A stretch of 64,000 bases of DNA, taken from the NCBI GenBank assembly GCA_041649115.1, contig JBAZNT010000006.1:1301-65300 (forward strand), read 5' to 3'. This document shows positions 38,365 to 49,922 of the stretch, one piece after another; the first letter of the stretch is position 1, and each line of letters opens with the position of its first letter. The stretch is from Candidatus Omnitrophota bacterium (GTDB taxonomy: Bacteria > Omnitrophota > Gorgyraeia > Gygaellales > Profunditerraquicolaceae). Made by a program: the position numbers and the translations under genes. The notes beneath the pieces were generated by a model, which searched no databases, was not told where the DNA came from, and worked only from the letters and a program-made list of their open reading frames with translations.

Positions 38365-39873
38365 ATGCCCAAGAAACAGACAAAGGCAACAGAAAAGGTC
38401 AAAACCAGAAACCCGCTCGTCAACGGTTCCTTTGACGAGAAGGCGGCACGTGATGCGATGAAACTGATTAAAGAGAAAAACATCAAGATCATTGACCTGA
38501 AATTCAATGACCTGCCAGGACTCTGGCAGCATTTTTCCATTCCCGCATCCGAGCTGAGCGAAATGGACGATATAACCCGCTCTATCTGGGTGGACGGCAT
38601 AGGCTTCGACGGTTCCTCCATCCGCGGATTCCAGAAGATACAGGAATCCGATATGATTCTTATCCCGGATCCCGCTACAGCCATAGTGGATCCTGTCTGC
38701 GAGGTCCCGACCTTAAGCCTTATCTGCGATATCTACGATCCCCTCACCCGTAAACCTTATACCCGCGACCCTCGCTATATCGCCAAGAAGGCCGAGAAAT
38801 ACCTGAAGGATTCAGGCGTCGGAGACGCGGTTTATTTCGGGCCGGAGGCGGAGTTCTTTCTGTTCAATGACGTGCGTTTTGACCAAACCGAGAATTCGGG
38901 TTACTATTTTCTCGATTCTGCCGAAGGAGATTGGAACACCGGCAGACAGGAATCTCCCAACCTGGGGTATAAAATCCGTTTCAAGGAGGGGTATTTTCCC
39001 GTTCCGCCGCACGATTCCCTGCAGGATGTGAGGAGCAAGATTATCCTTAAGATGATTGAGTCCGGCATTAATGTCGAGGTACATCACCACGAGGTAGCCA
39101 CCGCCGGCCAGTGCGAGATCGATATGAAATTCGACAAGCTCGTGAAGATGGGGGATAATCTCCTGCTCTACAAATATATTATCAAGAATATGGCAAAGAA
39201 GTACGGTATGGTCGCGACCTTTATGCCTAAGCCCTTGTTTGCGGATAACGGCTCAGGCATGCATTGTCATCAGAGCATCTGGAAGGGCGGCGTAAACCTT
39301 TTCTATGACAAGAACGGTTATGCGCTTTTAAGCCAGACCGCCAAGTATTATATAGGCGGACTTCTTAAGCACGCCGCCAGCCTCATGGCCTTCTGCGCTC
39401 CTACTACCAATTCATACAAGAGACTGGTTCCGGGATACGAGGCTCCGGTAAACCTGGTTTATTCCGCGCGTAACCGCTCCGCGGCAGTCCGTATTCCGAT
39501 GTATTCTGACAGTCCAAAATCAAAGCGCCTGGAATTTCGTCCGCCTGACCCGTCCTGTAATGCATATCTGGCATTCAGCGCGATGCTAATGGCAGGGCTT
39601 GATGGCATTAAAAACAAGATTGACCCGGGCGAGCCTATGGATAAAGACCTTTTTGAATTAAGCGAGGAGGAACTCAAGCATATACCTACGGTTCCCGGTT
39701 CGCTCTACACCGCCTTAAAGTTCCTGGAGGCAGACCACGAATATCTGTTGCGCGGAGGCGTTTTTACAAAGGACGTCCTGGATATCTGGTTGGAATACAA
39801 GCGCAAAAAAGAGATAGACGGGGTTAGGATGCGTCCGCATCCCTATGAGTTTTATCTTTATTTTGACATTTAA
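38365..39873 (+). CDS. glnA: type I glutamine synthetase
   Basis: 502 aa. Strong RBS AAAGGAGG. Motifs [15 protein letters not shown] and [13 protein letters not shown]. Confidence 0.9.
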   Translation: MPKKQTKATEKVKTRNPLVNGSFDEKAARDAMKLIKEKNIKIIDLKFNDLPGLWQHFSIPASELSEMDDITRSIWVDGIGFDGSSIRGFQKIQESDMILIPDPATAIVDPVCEVPTLSLICDIYDPLTRKPYTRDPRYIAKKAEKYLKDSGVGDAVYFGPEAEFFLFNDVRFDQTENSGYYFLDSAEGDWNTGRQESPNLGYKIRFKEGYFPVPPHDSLQDVRSKIILKMIESGINVEVHHHEVATAGQCEIDMKFDKLVKMGDNLLLYKYIIKNMAKKYGMVATFMPKPLFADNGSGMHCHQSIWKGGVNLFYDKNGYALLSQTAKYYIGGLLKHAASLMAFCAPTTNSYKRLVPGYEAPVNLVYSARNRSAAVRIPMYSDSPKSKRLEFRPPDPSCNAYLAFSAMLMAGLDGIKNKIDPGEPMDKDLFELSEEELKHIPTVPGSLYTALKFLEADHEYLLRGGVFTKDVLDIWLEYKRKKEIDGVRMRPHPYEFYLYFDI

Positions 39874-39875
39874 TC

Positions 39876-39952
39876 TTAGGGACGGTTCTTGAATCCGGTA
39901 AGAACTGTCCCGACAGGGGACACTTTTAACCGCATTTGAGAACCGTCCCTAA
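39876..39952. repeat. REPIN/MITE-like palindromic element, copy A
   Basis: Perfect 14-bp terminal inverted repeats TTAGGGACGGTTCT/AGAACCGTCCCTAA. Inner hairpin TGTCCC..GGGACA. Starts 3 nt after the glnA stop. Confidence 0.85.
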
Positions 39953-39960
39953 CTAAAGGG

Positions 39961-40674
39961 ATGATTTTGATTATTAAGCATATAGGGATTGAGGAGCCGG
40001 GGAGTATGGGGGAATTTTTCAGTAATACTTCCTGGCAGCTTCAGACCGTTGAGCTATGGGCTGGCGAAAAACTTCCATCCAGGCCCATAGATGCAGAAGC
40101 GATCATCCTGCTTGGGGGTCCGATGAACGTTTATCAGGAAATGCAATATTCGTTTTTAAAAGAAGAAAACGAGTTTTTGAAGGAGGCCCTGAAGCAGGAG
40201 ATTCCAATCCTGGGGGTGTGCCTGGGGGCACAGCTTTTGGCAAAGGCTTCTTCCGCAGAGGTAAAGAAGAATCCGGAGAAAGAAATCGGATGGCGATGTG
40301 TAGATTTGACCGAAGAAGGCAAAAAAGACCCTTTGTTCTCAGGGCTCAGTCCGAAGCCGCTCGTTTTCCAGTGGCACCAGGATACCTTTGATATCCCTGT
40401 TGGTGCAACGCTTCTGGCAAGGGGAGCCGGTTGCGTCAACCAGGCATTCAGGATAGGCAGGCGCGCCTACGGCCTGCAGTTTCATATTGAGGTAACCCCC
40501 CGGATGGTAGAATCCTGGGCAGACGCCTATAGAGAAGAAACGTCCGGGGTAGACGTCAAAGAGATGATAGCCGAGGCTTACAGGAATAATGAAGAATTCA
40601 ACAGGCAGGCAGGAATGTTGTATCTTAATTTCGCCAGGATTATTGAAGCAGCCGCGGGTGTCACTGCCGGTTAG
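39961..40674 (+). CDS. class I glutamine amidotransferase
   Basis: 237 aa. GVCLGAQLL nucleophile elbow and the LQFHIE His-Glu motif. Confidence 0.75.
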   Translation: MILIIKHIGIEEPGSMGEFFSNTSWQLQTVELWAGEKLPSRPIDAEAIILLGGPMNVYQEMQYSFLKEENEFLKEALKQEIPILGVCLGAQLLAKASSAEVKKNPEKEIGWRCVDLTEEGKKDPLFSGLSPKPLVFQWHQDTFDIPVGATLLARGAGCVNQAFRIGRRAYGLQFHIEVTPRMVESWADAYREETSGVDVKEMIAEAYRNNEEFNRQAGMLYLNFARIIEAAAGVTAG

Positions 40675-40729
40675 ACGGTTTTTTTTGGCACCTGCTGCTT
40701 AAATATTAGGCAGGGGGAGGCGGGCATCA

Positions 40730-41107
40730 ATGATCAAATTTTTGGTAGCGGATAATGACGAGAAGGTAAAGGAGATTATTGCGCAGATGCTCGCCCAGCA
40801 AGGGAACTTCCGCATAGATATTACCAAACAGGAGAATATTGTCAGGATAAGCAAGATGGATAAACTCAGGGAAGAGGTTCAGCTTGTTGATAAGATTACC
40901 GAGCTCCAAGATGCTTTATATAAAGAGAAGGAAGGTGTATTATATAAGGCCGTACTGGATGTCGTGGAAAGGCCTTTGATTGAACATGCCCTGCAGCGCA
41001 CAGAGGGGAATCAATTCAAGGCAGCCAGGATACTGGGCATCAACCGCAATACCATGCGTTCTAAGATCAGGAAGCTGGGTATCAACGCCAGGATCTATAA
41101 AAGATGA
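40730..41107 (+). CDS. small Fis-family HTH protein
   Basis: 125 aa. C-terminal NQFKAARILGINRNTMRSKIRKLGI (Fis/NtrC HTH_8 type). The N-terminus resembles only the first strand-helix of a receiver domain. The stop overlaps the gltB start. Confidence 0.6.
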   Translation: MIKFLVADNDEKVKEIIAQMLAQQGNFRIDITKQENIVRISKMDKLREEVQLVDKITELQDALYKEKEGVLYKAVLDVVERPLIEHALQRTEGNQFKAARILGINRNTMRSKIRKLGINARIYKR

Positions 41108-44100
41108 GAAATTCTAATTTACCGCATAGGCAGGGGCTTTATGAGCCGTCTTTTGAGCATGACTCCTGCGGTGTCGGTTTTGTCTGTGATATCAAGGGGC
41201 GCGCCTCAAACCAGATTATCAAACAGGGGCTGGAGGTATTAAGGCGTCTTTCGCACCGCGGGGCAACCGGCGCCGACCCTAAAACCGGCGACGGCGCAGG
41301 GATCCTCATCCAGTTGCCTCACGAATTTATTTCCGAGGTTGCTGCCGATTCCGGAATTAATCTTCCTATGCCCGGAGGATACGGCAGCGGGTTAGTGTTT
41401 TTACCACAGGATAAAAAGGAGCGCGGGTTCTGCCAGGATGTCTTTGAGAAGGTAACCAGACAGGAAGGGCAGGTGCTTTTGGGGTGGCGCAGCGTCCCGG
41501 TGGACGATTCAGATATCGGCAATACCGCCCGTAAAACCCAGCCCCTAATCGCGCAGGTCTTTATTGCCAGCTCACCCCGTCTTAAGGACCAGCTTGATTT
41601 CGAGCGTCGCCTCTACGTTATCCGCCGCAGAATAGAAAATATCATCCGCTCTTCGGGGATTAAGCAAAGAAAATTTTTTTATATCACCAATATCTCAAGC
41701 CGCACCTTTTCGTATAAGGGGTTGTTGATGCCGCAGCAGCTTGACAGGTTCTTCCCTGACCTGCGCGGGGAAGCCATCAAGAGCGCGATATGCCTGGTGC
41801 ATTCGCGTTACAGTACTAATACCTTTCCTACTTGGGACCTTGCCCAGCCATTCCGTTTCCTGGCGCACAACGGAGAGATAAACACCTTGCGGGGCAATAT
41901 TAACTGGATGCGTGCGCGCGAAGGGTTGCTGGAGAGCGGGCTTTTCGGCAGGAAACTCAAGGATATTTTACCGGTAATCGTACCGGACGGCAGCGATTCC
42001 GCCGCCATTGATAACGCCTTTGAATTACTGACGCTTTCAGGAAGGAGCCTGGCGCATGTGATGCTGATGCTTATCCCCAGCGCCTGGCAGCAGAACACCA
42101 TTTTAGAAGAGAGGATTCGCGATTTCTATAGATACCACGCATGCTTAATGGAGCCCTGGGATGGCCCGGCTGCAATTGCATTTACCGACGGCACAAGGGT
42201 CGGCGCGGTGCTGGATAGGAACGGCCTGCGCCCGGCGCGTTATCTGGTAACCAAACAGGGCTTGGTGGTGATGGCCTCGGAGGTCGGTGTTCTGGATATA
42301 AGCCCGCAGGATATCATGTTTTCTGGAAGGCTTGAGCCCGGCAAGATTTTCTTTATCGATACCGAAGAAGGCCGTATTGTAGATGACAAGGAGATAAAAG
42401 AGAGCATTAGCGCCAGCAAACCGTATTCTGCCTGGTTAAAGAAGGAAATGCTTAAGCTGGAGGACCTCCCTAGAGGCAGGGTATCTCTAAACAGGATCGG
42501 GGATAGCGGAGTATTCTTGAAGACCTTCGGATACAGCCGCGAGGACCTTAAGTTCATTATCGGCCCGATGGTAGAAAACAGCCAGGAGCCTATCGGCTCA
42601 ATGGGCAACGATGCCCCCCACGCGCTCCTCTCCAATCATCCGCAGCTACTTTATAATTATTTTAAACAACTCTTTGCGCAGGTCACCAACCCTGCTATTG
42701 ACCCCATCAGAGAAGAGTTGGTGATGAGCCTGGAGACTTATCTGGGACCGGAAGGCAACCTTCTGGAGGAGGACGCTGCTCACTGCAGGAAACTGCGGGT
42801 CAGGAGGCCGGTGCTTACCGATGCCGAGCTATCCCAGATCAAGCGCATACATAAAAAAGGATTCCGTACCAGGGAGATTTCGCTTCTTTTTAGGGCGGAT
42901 TCCAAAAAAGATTTCCTGAAAACCATAGAGCGCATATGCAAGGAGGCGGTTGAGGCAATTAACTCCGGCTATACCTTTATTATCCTGACGGACAGGGGGA
43001 CTTCTAAAGAATACGCTGCCCTGCCTGCGCTTTTGGCAACAGGGGCAGTTCACCATCATCTTGTCAGAAAAACCCTCCGGACCCAGATAGGAATAATCCT
43101 GGAGACCGGCGAACCCAGGGAGGTGCATCATTTTGCCCTCCTCTTCGGATACGGCGCAGACTGCGTTAACCCTTACGGGGCATTCGAGGCAGTAAGGTAT
43201 TTATTGCATGAAGAGAAAATCGGCCTGAAGGAAAGCGCGGCCTTAGGCCATTACGTAAAGGCAGTTGATAAGGGGATTTTAAAGATACTATCCAAGATGG
43301 GGATCTCTACGCTCCAGAGCTACCGCGGTGCCCAGATCTTTGAGGCGCTGGGCTTGGCAGATGAGGTCATTGAGCGGTGTTTCTCGGGCACTGTTTCGAG
43401 AATCGGCGGGGCAGGGTTCGAAGCGCTTGCAGAAGAGACGATATCGAGGCATCGACAGGCCTATGTGCATACTGCGACAGCCGGCAGTCATCTTTTCAGC
43501 GCAGGAATATACCAATGGAAACGCGACGGCGAATTTCATCTCTGGAATCCCAGTAGTATCGCGAGCCTTCAGGATGCGGTCTGGCGAGGCGATTATTCCA
43601 GATACAAGGAGTTTAGCGCCCTTATCAACGAACAGTCCGGGCATCCGAGCACCCTGCGTAGTTTGTTCCAATTCAGGAAGTCGGAGCCCGTACCTATCGA
43701 AGAGGTGGAGCCGGCGGAGGAGATAGTCAGGCGTTTTGCCACCGGGGCAATGAGTTTCGGCTCCATCAGCAGGGAAGCGCATGAGACTATTGCGATTGCT
43801 ATGAATAAACTTGGAGGCAGGTCTAACAGCGGAGAGGGCGGCGAAGACCTCGCCCGCTTCATGCCTTTGCCTAACGGCGACTGCAAGAGGAGCGCAGTAA
43901 AACAGGTTGCCTCTGGGAGGTTTGGGGTGACTGCGAATTATTTGGTTAACGCCGATGAGCTGCAGATTAAAATCGCCCAGGGCGCAAAGCCCGGGGAAGG
44001 CGGGCAATTGCCGGGTCATAAGGTCAGCGCGATTATCGCTAGGACACGCTATACCACTCCCGGGGTTACCCTTATCTCGCCTCCGCCGCACCACGATATT

Positions 44101-45633
44101 TATTCCATTGAGGACCTGGCGCAGTTGATATTTGATTTAAAAAACGCCAACCCCAAGGCGCGCATCAGCGTGAAGTTGGTATCTGAGATCGGGGTAGGCA
44201 CCATTGCCGCAGGGGTTGCCAAGGGGCACGCCGATATGATCCTTATCTCCGGAGGGGACGGCGGTACGGGGGCATCGCCTCTTAGCTCCATCAGGCATGC
44301 CGGTCTTCCGTGGGAGCTGGGAATTTCCGAGACACACCAGACCCTGGTGCTGAACGATTTAAGGAGCAGGGTGCGTCTGCAAACCGACGGGCAGATGCGT
44401 ACCGGCCGCGATGTCGCCATTGCGGCAATGCTGGGTGCGGAAGAATTCGGTTTTTCTACCGCGGTATTGATCACTCTCGGCTGTGTGATGCTGAGGCATT
44501 GTCATTTGAATAACTGTTCTCTCGGCATTGCCACTCAGGATGAGTTGTTATCATGCAGGTTCAGGGGTAAGCCGGAATACATTATTAATTATTTTACTTT
44601 TGTTGCGCGGGAGCTGCGCGAGATTATGAGTTTGCTGGGCATCAGGAAAGTGGATGATTTAATCGGTAGGACAGAGCTTCTGGAGATGAACGGGTCAATC
44701 CTGCCTCCTAAGGCGGCGGGCATAGACCTTTCCAGGGTACTTTATAAGCCGGCAACAGATAAGGGCGTTGGCGTCTATTGTCAGCATAAGCAGGACCACG
44801 GCATAGACGGGGTTTTAGATCTGGAACTTATTGAAGCCGTGCGCCCAGCGCTTGAGAAAAAAGAACCCCTGAAGCTGGAATTTCCCATACGCAATACCAA
44901 CCGCACTACCGGTGCGATGCTAAGCGGTAAGGTGTGTTCTCTTTACGGAGAAGAGGGCCTTGCGCACGAGACCATCCACATTAAATTCAAAGGTACGGCA
45001 GGGCAGAGTTTTGGGGCGTTCCTCGCCAACGGTCTTACCTTTGAACTGGAAGGCATGGCTAACGATTATGTCGGCAAGGGCATATCCGGAGGCAAGGTCA
45101 TCTTATATCCCGACAGCAAGATAAGCTATAATCCAGAGCACAATATTATTATAGGTAATACCGCTTTCTACGGCGCCATCCGCGGAGAGGCGTATATCCG
45201 CGGGGTGGCCGGCGAACGCTTCTGTATCCGTAACTCCGGTCTCTATGCGGTAGTTGAGGGGGTCGGTGATCACGGTTGTGAATACATGACCGGAGGCAGG
45301 GTAGCAGTGCTGGGCCAGACAGGCCGTAACTTCGCGGCAGGGATGTCCGGAGGAATTGCCTATGTCTATGCCCGGGATTTTAATTTCCGGCAGAGGTGTA
45401 ACCTGGATATGGTAGTCTTGGAGGCCTTGAACGCCGAGGATGAAGGCGTTGTCCGCCAGCTGGTTTCGAATCACCTGCGGTATACAGGCAGCAAGACAGG
45501 CCGTCGCATCCTGGATAATTTCAGCAGCGATTCGAGGCATTTTATCAAGGTTATGCCGCTTGAATACAAACGCATTTTAGAAAACGCAAAGTTAGAAGAG
45601 AAGATGGGAGTCGGCGAGGTTTCCGATGGGTGA
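41104..45633 (+). CDS. gltB: glutamate synthase large subunit
   Basis: 1509 aa. Ntn amidotransferase start ...HDSCGVGFV, with the central, FMN and C-terminal GXGXG beta-helix domains recognisable. Confidence 0.95.
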   Translation: MRNSNLPHRQGLYEPSFEHDSCGVGFVCDIKGRASNQIIKQGLEVLRRLSHRGATGADPKTGDGAGILIQLPHEFISEVAADSGINLPMPGGYGSGLVFLPQDKKERGFCQDVFEKVTRQEGQVLLGWRSVPVDDSDIGNTARKTQPLIAQVFIASSPRLKDQLDFERRLYVIRRRIENIIRSSGIKQRKFFYITNISSRTFSYKGLLMPQQLDRFFPDLRGEAIKSAICLVHSRYSTNTFPTWDLAQPFRFLAHNGEINTLRGNINWMRAREGLLESGLFGRKLKDILPVIVPDGSDSAAIDNAFELLTLSGRSLAHVMLMLIPSAWQQNTILEERIRDFYRYHACLMEPWDGPAAIAFTDGTRVGAVLDRNGLRPARYLVTKQGLVVMASEVGVLDISPQDIMFSGRLEPGKIFFIDTEEGRIVDDKEIKESISASKPYSAWLKKEMLKLEDLPRGRVSLNRIGDSGVFLKTFGYSREDLKFIIGPMVENSQEPIGSMGNDAPHALLSNHPQLLYNYFKQLFAQVTNPAIDPIREELVMSLETYLGPEGNLLEEDAAHCRKLRVRRPVLTDAELSQIKRIHKKGFRTREISLLFRADSKKDFLKTIERICKEAVEAINSGYTFIILTDRGTSKEYAALPALLATGAVHHHLVRKTLRTQIGIILETGEPREVHHFALLFGYGADCVNPYGAFEAVRYLLHEEKIGLKESAALGHYVKAVDKGILKILSKMGISTLQSYRGAQIFEALGLADEVIERCFSGTVSRIGGAGFEALAEETISRHRQAYVHTATAGSHLFSAGIYQWKRDGEFHLWNPSSIASLQDAVWRGDYSRYKEFSALINEQSGHPSTLRSLFQFRKSEPVPIEEVEPAEEIVRRFATGAMSFGSISREAHETIAIAMNKLGGRSNSGEGGEDLARFMPLPNGDCKRSAVKQVASGRFGVTANYLVNADELQIKIAQGAKPGEGGQLPGHKVSAIIARTRYTTPGVTLISPPPHHDIYSIEDLAQLIFDLKNANPKARISVKLVSEIGVGTIAAGVAKGHADMILISGGDGGTGASPLSSIRHAGLPWELGISETHQTLVLNDLRSRVRLQTDGQMRTGRDVAIAAMLGAEEFGFSTAVLITLGCVMLRHCHLNNCSLGIATQDELLSCRFRGKPEYIINYFTFVARELREIMSLLGIRKVDDLIGRTELLEMNGSILPPKAAGIDLSRVLYKPATDKGVGVYCQHKQDHGIDGVLDLELIEAVRPALEKKEPLKLEFPIRNTNRTTGAMLSGKVCSLYGEEGLAHETIHIKFKGTAGQSFGAFLANGLTFELEGMANDYVGKGISGGKVILYPDSKISYNPEHNIIIGNTAFYGAIRGEAYIRGVAGERFCIRNSGLYAVVEGVGDHGCEYMTGGRVAVLGQTGRNFAAGMSGGIAYVYARDFNFRQRCNLDMVVLEALNAEDEGVVRQLVSNHLRYTGSKTGRRILDNFSSDSRHFIKVMPLEYKRILENAKLEEKMGVGEVSDG

Positions 45634-47068
45634 TATTAAGGGTTTCCTGAAGGTAAAACGGGAAAAAGCGGTATACCGGCCGGTATGCGAGCGCAGGAGC
45701 GATTATTCCGAGGTAGGAATCTTAGCGTCCGGGCAACATTCCCGCCAACAGGCCTCCCGCTGCATGGATTGCGGCACCCCGTTTTGCCACTGGGGATGTC
45801 CTGTCGGAAACTATATCCCGGAATGGAATGACCTTGTCTTCAGAGGTCATTGGCGGAAGGCGCTGGAGATACTTGAGGCGACCAATAATCTTTCCGAGGT
45901 AACCGGCAGGGTCTGTCCTGCCCTTTGCGAATTTTCCTGCGTCTTAGGCATTAATGACGAGCCGGTAACCATCCGGGAGGATGAGCTGGCGATTATCGAG
46001 CATGGTTTTAGGCAGGGATGGATTAAGCCCAGGCCTCCCAGGAAGCGGAGCGGCAGGAATATTGCAGTTGTCGGTTCAGGGCCGGCAGGGCTTTCCTGCG
46101 CTGCCCAACTAAACAGGGCCGGTCATAAGGTTATAGTCTTTGAGCGCGATAACAAGCCGGGAGGAATCTTAAGGTATGGCATACCTGATTTTAAACTGGA
46201 TAAGAAGATCCTGGACAGGCGCATTGCAATATGGAAGAAAGAGGGCGTGGAATTCGGCACCGGCATTGAGATAGGCAGGGATTATGCGGCCAGAGAGTTG
46301 CTCAGGGAATTTGACGCCGTCTGCCTTGCCGGCGGTTCGCGCGTACCCAGGGATTTAAACATAGAGGGCAGGGATTTAAAAGGGATCTATTTTGCCATGG
46401 ACTACCTGGTGCAGTCTAACCGCAGGGTAGGCGGGGAATATATCCCGGGAGCGGACATTATCGATGCCCGCGGCAAAAGGGTAGTTGTTATTGGAGGAGG
46501 AGACACCGGTGCCGATTGCGTCGGTACTGCGCACCGGCAAGGGGCCTCCTGTATAATACAGATAGAGCTTATGCCGCAGCCGCCGGAATGCCGGCCAAAA
46601 GGACAGCCCTGGCCGCAATACCCGATGATCCTGAAGACATCCAGCAGCCATGAGGAGGGAGGGGAGCGCAGGTGGTCGGTCCTGACCAAAAAATTCACGG
46701 GGTATGGTGACGCCCTGAAAAAAATCTCCTGCGCGCAGGCGGGGTTTGAGAGGAATACATCCGGATGTAACGTCATAAACGAAATACCAGGCAGCGAATT
46801 TGAGATTGAGGCGGATATGGTAATCTTGGCTTTGGGTTTTCTGCATCCCCAGAGGCAGGGTTTAATCGAGGAGTTGGGTCTTAAGCTCGATGCCAGGGGC
46901 AATCTAAGCACCGGAGCGGATTTGATGACTTCTAAAAAAGGCATCTTCGCGGCAGGTGATATGCGCCGGGGGCAATCCTTGGTGGTTTGGGCAATATCCG
47001 AAGGAAGGCGCGCTGCGCATGAGATTGACAGTTATCTTATGGGCGAGAGCAGCCTGCCGGTGATATAA
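45626..47068 (+). CDS. gltD: glutamate synthase small subunit
   Basis: 480 aa. Cys clusters CMDCGTPFC and GRVCPALCE, GSGPAG and GGGDTGADC motifs. Overlaps the gltB stop. Confidence 0.9.
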   Translation: MGDIKGFLKVKREKAVYRPVCERRSDYSEVGILASGQHSRQQASRCMDCGTPFCHWGCPVGNYIPEWNDLVFRGHWRKALEILEATNNLSEVTGRVCPALCEFSCVLGINDEPVTIREDELAIIEHGFRQGWIKPRPPRKRSGRNIAVVGSGPAGLSCAAQLNRAGHKVIVFERDNKPGGILRYGIPDFKLDKKILDRRIAIWKKEGVEFGTGIEIGRDYAARELLREFDAVCLAGGSRVPRDLNIEGRDLKGIYFAMDYLVQSNRRVGGEYIPGADIIDARGKRVVVIGGGDTGADCVGTAHRQGASCIIQIELMPQPPECRPKGQPWPQYPMILKTSSSHEEGGERRWSVLTKKFTGYGDALKKISCAQAGFERNTSGCNVINEIPGSEFEIEADMVILALGFLHPQRQGLIEELGLKLDARGNLSTGADLMTSKKGIFAAGDMRRGQSLVVWAISEGRRAAHEIDSYLMGESSLPVI

Positions 47069-47092
47069 GCAGGTTCTGTTTCTGTTTTTTGG

Positions 47093-47120
47093 TTGACAGT
47101 TAAGCCAGATGTGTTATACT
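47093..47120 (+). promoter_or_regulatory. sigma70-type promoter (TTGACA-16-TGtTATACT)
   Basis: Consensus -35 at 47093-47098 and extended -10 ending at 47120. Confidence 0.5.
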
Positions 47121-47155
47121 GCAACTGTTAGTTCAAGCGTGAACTAACAACAAAC

Positions 47156-48814
<1,659 letters not shown>

Positions 48815-48818
48815 CCGC

Positions 48819-49922
48819 ATGAAGGCAGTATTAGTTTTGGAGGATGGGACTATATTCGCGGGGGAATCTTTCGGCGCCAGCGGAGAAAGCTGCGGTGAGG
48901 TTGTATTTAATACCGCGATGGCAGGCTACCAGGAGATTATTACCGACCCCTCTTACAAAGGCCAGATCGTAGTAATGACTTATCCCCTAATCGGCAATTA
49001 CGGTATCAATAAGGAAGATAGCGAATCGCGCCGGCCGTTCCTGGAGGGATTTGTAGTAAAGGAATACAGCAAGATTGCCAGCAATTGGCGCTCTGATAAA
49101 TCCCTGGCAGATTATTTCAAAGAGCATAACATTATCGGCATGGAAGGGGTTGATACCCGCGCGCTTACCCTTCATATCCGCCAGAAAGGCGAGATGCGCG
49201 CGGTCTTATCTACCGTGGAATCCGACGAGAGAAGATTAGTAGAGAAGGCCAGGGCATCGTTGGGGCTCATCGGGCAGGACCTTGTCAGGGGCGTTACCAG
49301 CGATAAAAAATACCGCTGGGAAAAGGCCAGCAAGCCAGGCTTTAAGGTGGTGGTATTGGACTGCGGGGTAAAATACAATATCTTGAGGCAGTTGTTGAAA
49401 AACGGCTGTGATGCAGCGGTAGTACCGGCGGATACCGCAGCGCCCGAGATTTTAAAGATGCGTCCCGATGGGGTATTGCTTTCTAACGGGCCCGGAGACC
49501 CTGCGGCCCTGCCTTATGTGATTAAGACAGCGCAGGGGCTAATCGGCAAGGTCCCGCTTTTCGGGATATGCCTGGGGCATCAGATACTGGGGCTGGCTAT
49601 GGGCGGCAAGACCTATAAGCTTAAATTCGGGCATCACGGAGGCAACCACCCGGTTAAGGATTTGAAGAAAGACAAAGTGGCGATTACAGTCCAGAACCAC
49701 GGTTTCTGCGTTGATATAAACTCACTCAATAAAAAAGACATTGAGATAACCCACGTTAATCTGAACGACCGGACCCTGGAGGGGATGCGCCATAAGAAGC
49801 TTCCCCTGTTCTCGGTGCAGTTCCATCCGGAGTCCTCTCCCGGCCCGCACGACGCCGATTACCTCTTCGGGGATTTTGTAAAATTAATGGAGCAGTGGAG
49901 TGCCAAAAAGAAAAGACATTAA
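48819..49922 (+). CDS. carA: carbamoyl-phosphate synthase small subunit
   Basis: 367 aa. LVLEDG..F.G N-terminus, with GICLGHQ and FSVQFHPE GATase motifs. Confidence 0.95.
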   Translation: MKAVLVLEDGTIFAGESFGASGESCGEVVFNTAMAGYQEIITDPSYKGQIVVMTYPLIGNYGINKEDSESRRPFLEGFVVKEYSKIASNWRSDKSLADYFKEHNIIGMEGVDTRALTLHIRQKGEMRAVLSTVESDERRLVEKARASLGLIGQDLVRGVTSDKKYRWEKASKPGFKVVVLDCGVKYNILRQLLKNGCDAAVVPADTAAPEILKMRPDGVLLSNGPGDPAALPYVIKTAQGLIGKVPLFGICLGHQILGLAMGGKTYKLKFGHHGGNHPVKDLKKDKVAITVQNHGFCVDINSLNKKDIEITHVNLNDRTLEGMRHKKLPLFSVQFHPESSPGPHDADYLFGDFVKLMEQWSAKKKRH

